A program made the position numbers and the translations under genes. A DNA stretch of 64,000 bases from an uncultured Candidatus Saccharibacteria bacterium. Lineage in GTDB: Bacteria > Patescibacteriota > Saccharimonadia > UBA4664 > CAZJNH01. The notes under the pieces are model-generated. The model made no database searches. It saw nothing but the letters and a program-made list of their open reading frames with translations, and had not been told where the DNA came from. This document shows positions 39,056-47,777 of the stretch, in pieces (the stretch's first letter is position 1; every line of letters starts with the position of its first letter). Location of the stretch: the NCBI GenBank assembly GCA_964478595.1, contig CAYZIN010000004.1, positions 557 to 64,556 on the forward strand. The letters run 5' to 3'.

Positions 39056-39886
39056 ATGAGGCGACTTTTACTTCGCTACGCCATTCCGGCAGTAGCAGCC
39101 TTAGGATTAAGCGGCACGATGCTGGCCGCGAGTACAATAACAATAACGAACACTGGATCGGGGTCTAACAACAGCGCCAGTGTCAGCAATAACAGCACAC
39201 TGACCCTAGTTAATACGCCCAACGGGGTTGTGATTAACACGAATAACCAAGGCGCTACCTCGGGCACAGCCAACGTCAGCGGTAACACCAACGGCGGGAG
39301 TGCAGTTTCGGGAGGTGCGAACAATAACAATAATGGCTCAACGGTCGTAACCTTTGGTAGTGGCTTTACGATTGCCGGCGGTGGCGGCGGATCAAACAGT
39401 GCCACTATCTCAACCACCGGGCCGGGTTCGAATAACCAAATTACTATCAGCGGTAACAGCACGGCCACGATCATTAATGCGCCAAATGTTAACGTCACCA
39501 ACTCCAATAGCCAAAACGCTTCTTCTGGTTCGGCTAACGTTAGTAACAACACCAACGGTGGAAGCGCAGTTAGTGGATCGGCCGGGAATACTAACTCAAG
39601 TAGCACTACTGTTAGTGCCAGTGCGCCAACGATCACTTTGCCTGGCGGTGGCGGATCAAATAGCGCGACTATCGCAACCACCGGGCCGGGTTCGAATAAC
39701 CAGGTTTCGATTAGCGCTAACCAGAACCTGACCGTGACTAACGTCCCGACAGCAAACGTTACCAATACCAACACTCAAACCGCCAATTCCGGCACAGCCA
39801 ATGTTTCCGGTAATACCAACGCTGGCAGCGCCGTCTCTGGAAGCGCCAATAACTCAAACAGCACAAGCACCAGTATCTCAATCTAA
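39056..39886 (+). CDS. Secreted Asn/Thr/Ser/Gly-rich repeat-family protein (276 aa). Paralog of the 2.8-7.8 kb cluster, with internal ~270-nt-spaced intragenic repeats.
   Basis: Signal peptide MRRLLLRYAIPAVAALGLSGTMLAA. GGAGGG RBS. Repeated module GGGGSNSATI(S/A)TTGPGSNNQ... and SG.ANVS.NTNGGSAVSGSA. The antisense ORF 39076..39774 is rejected. Confidence 0.7.
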   Translation: MRRLLLRYAIPAVAALGLSGTMLAASTITITNTGSGSNNSASVSNNSTLTLVNTPNGVVINTNNQGATSGTANVSGNTNGGSAVSGGANNNNNGSTVVTFGSGFTIAGGGGGSNSATISTTGPGSNNQITISGNSTATIINAPNVNVTNSNSQNASSGSANVSNNTNGGSAVSGSAGNTNSSSTTVSASAPTITLPGGGGSNSATIATTGPGSNNQVSISANQNLTVTNVPTANVTNTNTQTANSGTANVSGNTNAGSAVSGSANNSNSTSTSISI

Positions 39887-39905
39887 AAAGCCAGCCTAAA
39901 AACTT

Positions 39906-39938
39906 TTAGGGCCGCCCCGCTTGGGGCGACCCTGGTTG
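39906..39938. repeat. Partial copy (hairpin only) of the cassette junction module: agggccgccccgcttggggcgaccct
   Basis: The same GC hairpin as 40669..40694 and 41269..41294. Lies between the convergent ends of 39056..39886 and 39945..40649. Confidence 0.7.
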
Positions 39939-39944
39939 GTTCGT

Positions 39945-40649
39945 CTATCGAACGCAGTTGGGCTCAAGTTCGTCGATCACTTTGCGAGCTTCGTTGATCT
40001 TGGTTAAATCTTCCCCGGCCGCTACGAGAAAATCATAGTGATCCTTGAGACATTCCTGAACGACCCAAATGACCGGCGGAGCCAGGGGCATTAACTCCTC
40101 TGCCAGCTCGTCGCAATCCTCATGCTCACGAGCCGTCTCGACTAGCTCATCGATCTCCTTGCCGAAGTCCTTCAACTCGAGCCCAAGCTTTGGGTCGATC
40201 CCGTTGAGTGCTTTGGCGAAATCGTTGATGTCGCTGAGCGTCTCGAGTTCGTCGAGGAAATCCGACCGATCAAGCAGCCTCTGACCATACTCTCCGAGAT
40301 CCGCTTCGTTGTCGTGCTGAGATATCTCGAAAAAAGCTTCCACGACAGGACTTAGGGCATCGCTAATCTCGATGATCCCAGTTAACTCGCGACCGAGCTC
40401 GGCGATTTGCTGATCGCTATGGATCGACATCCGCTTGGCCAACTCGGAGAGTCGAGCCTTGAGTTTCTCGGCCGGGCTGGCTTCGGGCTCGTCGTTGAAG
40501 ACGAACATTGAGCCGATAACAATCAGGCCCATGAGGTCCTGAGCGACCTTTTGCATAGTCGAATCCTTCGACTGCTGCAAAGCAGTCTGCAGTTTCACTA
40601 GACTTTGCAATTCCACAGGGAACTCCCATCTCTCGATTGGCGTGTTCAT
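39945..40649 (-). CDS. Hypothetical highly acidic, helical protein A (234 aa), first cassette of the array
   Basis: Its start ATG and first 7 codons (MNTPIER) lie inside the repeated junction module. Distant similarity to 41311..41958 (shared DFAK(A/V)L and acidic helices). Confidence 0.6.
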   Translation of the reverse strand: MNTPIERWEFPVELQSLVKLQTALQQSKDSTMQKVAQDLMGLIVIGSMFVFNDEPEASPAEKLKARLSELAKRMSIHSDQQIAELGRELTGIIEISDALSPVVEAFFEISQHDNEADLGEYGQRLLDRSDFLDELETLSDINDFAKALNGIDPKLGLELKDFGKEIDELVETAREHEDCDELAEELMPLAPPVIWVVQECLKDHYDFLVAAGEDLTKINEARKVIDELEPNCVR

Positions 40650-40704
40650 TATAGCTCATAAATACTTAAGGGCCGCCCCGCTTGGGGCGACCCTACTTGG
40701 CGTA
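40622..40704 (-). repeat. Cassette junction module copy 1 (~83 nt): GC hairpin, then TTAAGTATTTATGAGCTATA, then ATGAACACGCCAATCGAGAGATGG
   Basis: Near-identical to 41222..41304 (one mismatch; 600-nt period). Includes the start codon of the downstream cassette. Confidence 0.85.
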
Positions 40705-40992
40705 TTTACGACTTTGTGAGTGCTTCCACCTGAGATATTGCCCGAAAGCCGAGTCGACCGGCTCAGGCGGCGGAGGAGGGTTCTCGATCTCGGTCAGAGT
40801 GCTAGCCAGCAGCAACCCGCCCTTACAGGGGCTACCGCCGTGATCAATCACTGTTTTCAGCAACTGCGATACCTCTTGGTCGCTCGCGGTAGCCAGGCCG
40901 TCTTCTACCTGCCAGGGATCGAAGAAGTCGCAACCGCTGGAGATGTGTTCACGAATCGCTTCGGCGATCCGATAGCGTTTCTCCAGATCCAC
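40693..40992 (-). CDS. Hypothetical small acidic protein (99 aa)
   Basis: ORF with plausible composition. Its C-terminal codons overlap the junction hairpin. Confidence 0.45.
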   Translation of the reverse strand: MDLEKRYRIAEAIREHISSGCDFFDPWQVEDGLATASDQEVSQLLKTVIDHGGSPCKGGLLLASTLTEIENPPPPPEPVDSAFGQYLRWKHSQSRKYAK

Positions 40993-41021
40993 GATGCCTC
41001 CTATATGATCCGAGATGAGCG

Positions 41022-41216
41022 CTATTGCTTGATCAATTCGGTCACCCGCCGCAAGACTTCACTGACGGTGATGCCGTGCTTTGCGGCTACTTGCCTCAAA
41101 GCAATCGCGACGTCGTGATCGACCTCAACGGCAGAAAAACCGGGAGTCACGATCACCACACTGCAGTCAGGGCCTGGCCCCAGGGACACGTTGCGATATC
41201 CAATTACGGTATTCAC
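41022..41216 (-). CDS. Hypothetical small protein (64 aa, GTG start) with an RHH/antitoxin-like C-terminus (ITVSEVLRRVTELIKQ)
   Basis: Begins 8 nt after the stop of the 7-codon uORF MNTPIER* created inside junction copy 2. Confidence 0.4.
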   Translation of the reverse strand: MNTVIGYRNVSLGPGPDCSVVIVTPGFSAVEVDHDVAIALRQVAAKHGITVSEVLRRVTELIKQ

Positions 41217-41221
41217 GATGA

Positions 41222-41304
41222 GCTCCTATCTCTCGATTGGCGTGTTCATTATAGCTCATAAATACTTAAGGGCCGCCCCGCTTGGGGCGACCCTACTTGG
41301 CGTA
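41222..41304 (-). repeat. Cassette junction module copy 2. Its embedded ORF start reads ATGAACACGCCAATCGAGAGATAG: a TGG to TAG change leaves a 7-codon uORF.
   Basis: 83 nt, one mismatch versus copy 1. Confidence 0.85.
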
Positions 41305-41310
41305 GAAGAA

Positions 41311-41958
41311 CTAAAGAGGCTCTTCTTCTTGGAAGTCAGGGGGCTGGCTGTCTATGAGCTCTTGCAGAGACTGGTGGTTGGGATCTTCCCGGTAATCCGG
41401 TTCTTGTGGGGGCTCGCCTGGGGGTGGAATGAGATCGGCAAGATCTGCGCCTTCGAACACGCCCATGTTGGCTCCTCGGAGCACGGCGGCCGGCTTGTCA
41501 TTGCCGGCAGCAACTTCCCTGAGTTTCGCGGTCAGGTCAATCTCCTCGAAGGTTGATTGTGCGAGACGGCCTGTTTCCAGTAGCGACGCTTCAGACATTG
41601 CGAGAATGAACTCAGCCGCGTCGTTAACTAGCATTGACGCTCGAGCTGATTCCGAAACTGCAGCTAAAGCCCGAGCCGCATTGACGCAGAATTCCAAACC
41701 CTCCCGGGCCAGCAGAAACTCGTCGTCCCACTCCGGGAACTGGATTCTTTCCCAGAGTTTATTCCCGAGCTCTTGGAACTCGGGATCGACCGTGTCGTTG
41801 ATAAGTACCTTGGCGAAATCTTCGACCGTGTCGGCATCGTCAAGTGCCGCGAGCAGTCCCTTGAGATCAAGCAGACGAGTTATCTCTGCGCCGATCTCGG
41901 CAAGATCGTTGTCGGTCGACTTGCAAAGAGTTTCAGCCAATACTTCAACATTAGCCAC
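41311..41958 (-). CDS. Hypothetical highly acidic, helical protein B (215 aa, GTG start)
   Basis: Its 5' UTR (ccgCCAATCGAGAGAacGGAGTTCCtT-GTG) is homologous to codons 3-10 of gene A. Acidic C-terminus. Confidence 0.55.
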   Translation of the reverse strand: MANVEVLAETLCKSTDNDLAEIGAEITRLLDLKGLLAALDDADTVEDFAKVLINDTVDPEFQELGNKLWERIQFPEWDDEFLLAREGLEFCVNAARALAAVSESARASMLVNDAAEFILAMSEASLLETGRLAQSTFEEIDLTAKLREVAAGNDKPAAVLRGANMGVFEGADLADLIPPPGEPPQEPDYREDPNHQSLQELIDSQPPDFQEEEPL

Positions 41959-42000
41959 AAGGAACTCCGTTCTCTCGATTGGCGGAGTTATTGTACCAGA

Positions 42001-43785
42001 TTAGGCGGCGAGTTCGTATTGTTTGAGCAAGGCCTTGCGTTGGCGCAGCGGTGCGGTTTGAAGCGCCAGCAATTCGGCGTAGATGCCACCTTCGAGGTCC
42101 GCCAGCTCCTCCGGCGAACCCAACTCGGCTACTCGGCCGCCCCGCAGCCCAACGATCATGTCGACGTTTTGAATGGTGGAGAGTCGGTGGGCAATGATCA
42201 TGGTCGTACGGCCCTTCATCAGCCTCTCTAACGCGTCTTGGACCTCGCGCTCGGCCTTGGAGTCAAGCGAGCTGGTTGCTTCGTCCAGGATGAGGATAGG
42301 CGGGTTTTTGAGTATGGCTCGGGCAATCGCAATGCGCTGTTTTTGCCCGCCGGAAAGTTTGACTCCCCGCTCACCAATTTCGGTGTCATAACCTTGGGGC
42401 AGTTTCTTAATAAAGTCATGCGCGTTAGCGGCTTTAGCAGCTTTAACCAAATCCGATTGCTTAACCGTTTTCTGGCCGTAGCCAATATTTTCTCGGACAC
42501 TGCCGGAGAATAATGCCGGATCCTGAAACACGACTCCCACCGATGACCGCAGCGAACTCTGAGTAACCTTGGCAATGTCTTGCCCATCAATCAGAATCTG
42601 TCCGGAGCTGGGTTCATAGAATCGCAGCAGTAAATTCGAAACCGTCGTTTTACCTTCGCCGCTTTCACCGACCAGCGCTACTTTCATCCCCGGCTGAACC
42701 TTAAACGACACATCTTTGAGCACTTTTTTACCACCCCCATAAGCAAAGTCGATGTCCTTATAAATAACACCGGCGTCTTTGACTTTAAGCGCCCGGGCAC
42801 CCGGTTGATCCTTAATGGCAGCTTCTTGCTCCATAACTTTAAAGTAATCTCGGCTGCCGGCTTTGGCTCGCTGGACTTGATCGATAATAAAACTCGAGGC
42901 AAACAGCGGGAACTGGGCTTGAGCTACCAGCTGCAACATTAAGGTCATCGTACCCAGGCTGATTTGCTGTTTGTAGGCCTGGTAAACAATAAAGCCGTAA
43001 ATTCCGAAAAAGACCACGCTTAGCCCAACCCGGCGAATCACATCGTAGCGGTGCCACTCGGCCGACTGAATTTTAGTTTGCCTCTCGATCGATTTTCGCT
43101 TACCGGCAAAAATTCTCGACTCCACCAGTTCCTGAACAAAGGATTTGACTACCCGAACTTGGCCGACCGCTTCAACGAAACGGCCTTGGGCAAAGTCGGT
43201 GTCCCGGTTAATGCCCTCTTGTTTTTTCTGCCAGGCTCGAGAGGAGAGAGTTGTCAGCCACATATACAGCGGAAACAGCGCGGCTAGCAGAATCGCCACA
43301 GGCGGAGAGTAGTAGGCCAAAATCCCGATTGTAATCCCAGCGGAAAGGAAAAAAGTCAGAAAGTTGTTGGTAAAAGCCTGGATCAGTTCACTAACGGTCA
43401 CGATGCTGCGATCGAGCCGAGAAGTAATCCGGCCGGTAATTTCATTGTCGAAGTACTCCATCGGCAAAGACAGAATGTGGTCGTAGTAGCGCTGAGACAG
43501 CAGAGTTTTGAGTTTGGCACCTAGCTGATCGCCTAAGTAGCCGGCGAAGTTATCGAAGAAAGTTTCAATCAGTGCCACCACCAAAATCATCACAACCCAG
43601 AAAATGAAGAAGCTGGCCGCAACCGGGTGACCTTTATTGATTTTGACCAAACCGTCGACGATGAACTTGAGGAAAAACGGCGTGGCTTGGCGGAGTAAGG
43701 AAATTAAAATTACAAAAAAGCCGGCCGCTAGGTAGTAACGCTTTAGCGACCAAGAATATTTAACGATTTTTAGCAGATCTCTCAC
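42001..43785 (-). CDS. ABC transporter, fused permease/ATPase (MsbA/exporter type)
   Basis: Six-TM N-terminal domain. Walker A GESGEGKTT. ABC signature LSGGQKQR. Walker B ILILDEATS. Confidence 0.9.
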   Translation of the reverse strand: MRDLLKIVKYSWSLKRYYLAAGFFVILISLLRQATPFFLKFIVDGLVKINKGHPVAASFFIFWVVMILVVALIETFFDNFAGYLGDQLGAKLKTLLSQRYYDHILSLPMEYFDNEITGRITSRLDRSIVTVSELIQAFTNNFLTFFLSAGITIGILAYYSPPVAILLAALFPLYMWLTTLSSRAWQKKQEGINRDTDFAQGRFVEAVGQVRVVKSFVQELVESRIFAGKRKSIERQTKIQSAEWHRYDVIRRVGLSVVFFGIYGFIVYQAYKQQISLGTMTLMLQLVAQAQFPLFASSFIIDQVQRAKAGSRDYFKVMEQEAAIKDQPGARALKVKDAGVIYKDIDFAYGGGKKVLKDVSFKVQPGMKVALVGESGEGKTTVSNLLLRFYEPSSGQILIDGQDIAKVTQSSLRSSVGVVFQDPALFSGSVRENIGYGQKTVKQSDLVKAAKAANAHDFIKKLPQGYDTEIGERGVKLSGGQKQRIAIARAILKNPPILILDEATSSLDSKAEREVQDALERLMKGRTTMIIAHRLSTIQNVDMIVGLRGGRVAELGSPEELADLEGGIYAELLALQTAPLRQRKALLKQYELAA

Positions 43786-43879
43786 TCGCTCTATTCTACC
43801 CTCGCGGGCGTAAGACTCAAAGCTTAAGACGCGAGAAGGCCCCCAACTTAGCGCTGGGAGCCTCTCGAGTTACCGGGGG

Positions 43880-44293
43880 TTAGGCAGGGATCTTGACGTG
43901 TTCGTGGACCTCTTGGCGGATCTTCTTGATCCGCTCGGCGGCGCTCCTGGTCAATGCGTCGAACCCATCGAGTTCGAGGTAGACCGGGGCCGAAACATCG
44001 CCGGTGATGCCCATCAGGGCGTTGTACAGCTGCGCTGGAACCTCGACCATGATCTCGCCGTTGACCTCGACCGGTGCCAAGTGCGAAGCACCTGCCCAGT
44101 CGCCTACTCGGTCGCGAGCCGCCATGAACACCTCGCATTGAGGCAACGAGCAACTCGCTTCGTCGTCCCTCCAATGCTGTCCAAAGCCGAAGTGATCGGG
44201 ACCGTGACCAGCCATGCGCTGGCAGTACGGTGATGAGTACAACTGCGGAAACCGAACACGGTCGCAGCTATCAACTGCACCTTCATTACCCAT
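43880..44293 (-). CDS. Hypothetical protein (137 aa), GC-rich (about 60%)
   Basis: AGGAGG lies 5 nt upstream of the ATG at 44293. Unrecognised family. Confidence 0.5.
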   Translation of the reverse strand: MGNEGAVDSCDRVRFPQLYSSPYCQRMAGHGPDHFGFGQHWRDDEASCSLPQCEVFMAARDRVGDWAGASHLAPVEVNGEIMVEVPAQLYNALMGITGDVSAPVYLELDGFDALTRSAAERIKKIRQEVHEHVKIPA

Positions 44294-44361
44294 CTCCACC
44301 TCCTAAGGTCCGAGCTGCTATCGACAGCGTTAGCGTTATTGTCTACCTTTAGCAAAATATT

Positions 44362-45432
44362 TCAAGGCAGCTCGGCGGCCGAACGAACCCTAGGCATTGT
44401 AAAAACTCCCGCTAGAGTTTGAGTCATGCCCTTCGCGGTTGTCACTGCGCTGGTAAAACCCGCCTGCTGCACCAAGCTAATCGTCAGTGCGTTAAAACTG
44501 CCGTAAGGGTAGGCGAAGCTAGAAACACTATGGCCAAGTTGGTATTCAATCGTAGCTTTCGAGTCGAAGATTTCGCTACGTTGAACTTCTGCCGGCTGCG
44601 CCGATAAAGCCAAGTGGTTTACAGTATGGGCCCCAATTTCAATCAAGCCGCTGCGATCAAGTGTCTTAATTTGATCCCAGTTCAAATACGAATCACCGCA
44701 AGCTTGCGCCTGGTTGTAGCGACGACCGGCCCCAATGCACCAGTTACTAGCTGCGCCGCCGGTGATGATGTAGTAGGTTGCTTTCATCTGGTATTTTTGC
44801 AACAACGAAAAAGCTTTGAGCTGGGAAGAAAACCCATCGTCGAACGTAATAATCACCGACTTGCCGGGCAGAACGCTGCGGCCAGACAAAGCATCAACCA
44901 GCTGGTCGGGCGTGATTGTGGTGTAGCCTTTGGCTCTAATTGCTAGCAGCTGCTGCTCAAAATCCGGGGGCGTGTAATGGTAAATCAGAATAGGGACGTT
45001 CACACCGGCGGCCACCGCCTGGGCTCTCGCCGCTTGTTCTGCCTTGGCAGCCGCGGCTTCGGCTTCGGCCCGAGCCTTATTTTTTTTGATCAACGAATTA
45101 TTCCAACCGATCAGATTTCCGGTCAGGCTGCTAATCTGGATTTTGGCAATAGCGTATTGCCCGGAATTGAAAATGTTCGCCCGAATCTCGTCCAGCTGGG
45201 AATTAATTACGCTCGCTTTAACAACCTCAATCCCGCTTTGTTTTTCTGTGGCTTCCAACCTTTCGATCCTCAGCTCAAGATCACTCAAGCCCTGCTCGGC
45301 ACTATCTTTGGCCTGACCGCTAAATTGGCTAACCGCCGCCCTAGCCGGCAACATAACCCCGGCGATGATAAAAAACGCCAAGGCCAGGCCCTTCCACCAA
45401 CTGCCGTAATCAATCCGCTTGCGCTTTGCCAT
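44362..45432 (-). CDS. Polysaccharide deacetylase (NodB-homology) with N-terminal TM and coiled-coil
   Basis: NodB motif IITFDDGFSSQ. N-terminal anchor and Ala/Gln-rich coiled coil. Confidence 0.8.
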   Translation of the reverse strand: MAKRKRIDYGSWWKGLALAFFIIAGVMLPARAAVSQFSGQAKDSAEQGLSDLELRIERLEATEKQSGIEVVKASVINSQLDEIRANIFNSGQYAIAKIQISSLTGNLIGWNNSLIKKNKARAEAEAAAAKAEQAARAQAVAAGVNVPILIYHYTPPDFEQQLLAIRAKGYTTITPDQLVDALSGRSVLPGKSVIITFDDGFSSQLKAFSLLQKYQMKATYYIITGGAASNWCIGAGRRYNQAQACGDSYLNWDQIKTLDRSGLIEIGAHTVNHLALSAQPAEVQRSEIFDSKATIEYQLGHSVSSFAYPYGSFNALTISLVQQAGFTSAVTTAKGMTQTLAGVFTMPRVRSAAELP

Positions 45433-45498
45433 TGCCTTGATTGAATCACATCCACCTAGAAGACGAAAGCCCCGAAGGACTTATCGTCTCGGGGCTCA

Positions 45499-45882
45499 TT
45501 AATGAACTAACTCGGCGAAACGCCGAAGCAAATTCTCGATCCGTTTCACCTGCTCGTCAAGGCGAACCTGCTCATGACCAACGCCGCCGCCATTTCTTAG
45601 GGTTGTGGCCGTCAGGGTCATCCTCGAGAGATCACTGCTCAGCTGAGACTCGGCTTCACCCTTGCTCTTCACTTCGACATCGATGAAGTGCTGCAACTCA
45701 AGCGCTCGCTCGAGCAGGTCGACGCTACCGTGCACGGCTGTGTAGTACTTACTTCCACTTTCCAATCGGCCGATCACACGCTTAAAGCAATCTCGATCAG
45801 CTTCAAGGTGCTTGCGTACGTTCTCGTCGAGCTGTTTCGGCATGGGGCCTTCGGCCGGCATCCATTCGGGTCGATCGCTCAC
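45499..45882 (-). CDS. Hypothetical protein (127 aa), second gene of a two-gene GC-rich operon
   Basis: AAAGGAGA RBS. A hairpin lies downstream at about 45455..45485. Confidence 0.5.
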   Translation of the reverse strand: MSDRPEWMPAEGPMPKQLDENVRKHLEADRDCFKRVIGRLESGSKYYTAVHGSVDLLERALELQHFIDVEVKSKGEAESQLSSDLSRMTLTATTLRNGGGVGHEQVRLDEQVKRIENLLRRFAELVH

Positions 45883-45891
45883 AATTCTCCT

Positions 45892-46086
45892 TTAGTCGAA
45901 GTTGCAGCAGTTGATCTTGCCCTTCACCACTCGGACGTGATCGAGCTTACCCTCGATCGTCATGGGGTAATCACCGTCCGGCACAATCCCCGGCCGGGGT
46001 AGTTCAGGGTGTCCCGCACGCGGCGGGAAGTCGTAGACGTCGACGAACTGCCGGTTAATCTCAGCGATGTAATCTGTCCACCACAT
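45892..46086 (-). CDS. Hypothetical small protein (64 aa)
   Basis: GAGAGGAG RBS immediately upstream of the ATG at 46086. Confidence 0.5.
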   Translation of the reverse strand: MWWTDYIAEINRQFVDVYDFPPRAGHPELPRPGIVPDGDYPMTIEGKLDHVRVVKGKINCCNFD

Positions 46087-46139
46087 CTTCGGCTCCTCTC
46101 AAGTTGCGCCGTCCAGTATGAAGATTTTACACCTAAATC

Positions 46140-46171
46140 AAAAGCACCCGAACCGTAGTTCTGGTGCTTTT
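46140..46171. terminator. Bidirectional hairpin AAAAGCACC...GGTGCTTTT
   Basis: 9-bp stem flanked by A-runs and T-runs on both sides. Confidence 0.45.
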
Positions 46172-46725
46172 GGTGGAGCTGCGGGGAATTGCACCCCGGT
46201 CCGCGAGATAACGCTTCAGGCTACTACAGGCTTAGTCCGTTTGATTTGTTTCTTTTCCAAACCGCCACACAAGCGAACAAAGATAGCGATTCGGAGCAGC
46301 CCAAATCTTAGCGACGAGTTAGGGCAAGCTCATCGAGCAACCAACTAAATGGCGCCGGATTAACCTAGTTGGCGTCGGTTAAAAGGCGGCTTTCGAACTT
46401 AAGCGAAAGCGGGTACTAAATCGTTGCGAGTTAGTAAGGTTGCCTATAACGCTGGCAAGCGGCCTGCAACACTGAAGTGTCAAAGTCCCACGTCGAAGCT
46501 GATCAGCCCCTCATCGTCGCAGCTACCTCCAGCTTACGCAAGATTTGCTTGCTGCAGCTTACCGGTGCTGCTCCTCTCGGCTCGTCAAACAGTCGTTTCA
46601 CTCCTTCGGATTGACTCGCCGGGAATCACATTGAGCTCGAGTATTCTAGCAAAATATTGTGGATTTTTCAACGCCGCCGGTGTAGAATACCGGCGCGTTA
46701 TTCGAACGAGTACCAAGGAGAGAAA

Positions 46726-47205
46726 ATGATTCCGACAACCGCCAGTGAGATCATCAACCGTGCCCATCTGATCATCAGCGCCGAGCCGCCGATCTATTCG
46801 AACTGGATACTGGAAGGGCCCAAGAACAATCCAGCTACACCGCTTGCCGTGGCCGCTGCCGACATCGACGATATCGGTTGCGCCGTGTACCAGTTGGCAG
46901 TTGTGAGTGACAAGATCGATGCTCTTGCGGTCCGCCGCAAGATACTTGGCTATGAAGTCCCGGTCGCGGCCACTCAAGCGCAAGTCGGGCTCGACAGACT
47001 CTGGGACCACAACCCCGAGTTCTATCCGGCCTTCGTCGCCGCCAGGGCCGCCAGGGCTAACATGCCGCTGATGCTGATCGCCTTCACGCTTGATGCAAAC
47101 GACGAGCTCATTGCGATCCTCTATCACCCCATCGACGTACCCACTTCTTTCGCGATCGATACGTTCAAGGACTTGATAGCCGGTACCATCGCTCTCCACA
47201 ACTAG
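46726..47205 (+). CDS. Hypothetical protein (159 aa)
   Basis: AAGGAGAG RBS 3 nt upstream of the ATG at 46726; the tool start at 46657 is an extension. The antisense ORF 46585..47199 is rejected as Arg/Asp-rich. Confidence 0.5.
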   Translation: MIPTTASEIINRAHLIISAEPPIYSNWILEGPKNNPATPLAVAAADIDDIGCAVYQLAVVSDKIDALAVRRKILGYEVPVAATQAQVGLDRLWDHNPEFYPAFVAARAARANMPLMLIAFTLDANDELIAILYHPIDVPTSFAIDTFKDLIAGTIALHN

Positions 47206-47252
47206 CCCTTCGATTTAGGCGAAATGCCTTCCAAATCGGAGGGCTTTTGCTT

Positions 47253-47777
47253 TTAGAGACTTAGAGTGCCGCCGATTTCGCCGAGCCTGTTGAGGCTAAT
47301 CCCGACTGAGCCGCTGGGCTGCAGTTTCGCTCCGTCAACGTAGGCGGTAGCAGTAATTCGATAGTCGTATTCGGTATGGCTAAGCAAACTGGCGGCTTTT
47401 TCGACACCTTGAAGCATACCGGCGATTTGGGCTGTCGCTTCTCCGCCAGGCATCATATCTTGCAGCGCTGCTCCAGCACTTTGATCGATATTTAACTGAA
47501 CCGTTTTCGTTTCGCCGGGCTGAATCTGAAATGACGTGTTGTCTTCACTTTTATAAATAGCTTGAGGCACGGTGTTTGTGGTGGCATCGGCTGAAGCGTT
47601 TCGCTGAATCCTAAGCAGTTCTACCTTGAGACCTTTGACGGTCTGGGGGCTTTTAGTAGTAACGGTCACCGTCACCGGAATGGCTTCGCCACCAATCTTA
47701 GCCGAGCTTGGCGCCGAAACAGCCACATGCACCCCACCAATATTTAAAGCCTTTTTGAAACCGCTAAATAAACCCAT
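47253..47777 (-). CDS. Spo0M-like (sporulation-control protein / arrestin-like) protein
   Basis: N-terminus MGLFSGFKKALNIGGVHVAV resembles the Spo0M family start. The tool ORF is extended upstream to 47918. Confidence 0.5.
   Translation of the reverse strand: MGLFSGFKKALNIGGVHVAVSAPSSAKIGGEAIPVTVTVTTKSPQTVKGLKVELLRIQRNASADATTNTVPQAIYKSEDNTSFQIQPGETKTVQLNIDQSAGAALQDMMPGGEATAQIAGMLQGVEKAASLLSHTEYDYRITATAYVDGAKLQPSGSVGISLNRLGEIGGTLSL

Noticed and set aside
39076-39774. Minus-strand 232-aa ORF inside the 39056..39886 gene
   Set aside because: Antisense artefact of the same kind. The plus-strand gene has an SD and a signal peptide.
40417-40659. 80-aa ORF in an alternative frame at the start of gene A
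   Set aside because: An out-of-frame overlap with the better-supported 234-aa acidic protein. Arg-rich composition.
43848-44233. ORFs 43848..44174 (-) and 43898..44233 (+)
   Set aside because: Arg-rich alternative frames of the better-supported 43880..44293 gene.
46585-47199. 204-aa minus-strand ORF
   Set aside because: Arg/Asp-rich antisense frame of the plus-strand gene 46726..47205, which has a strong SD.
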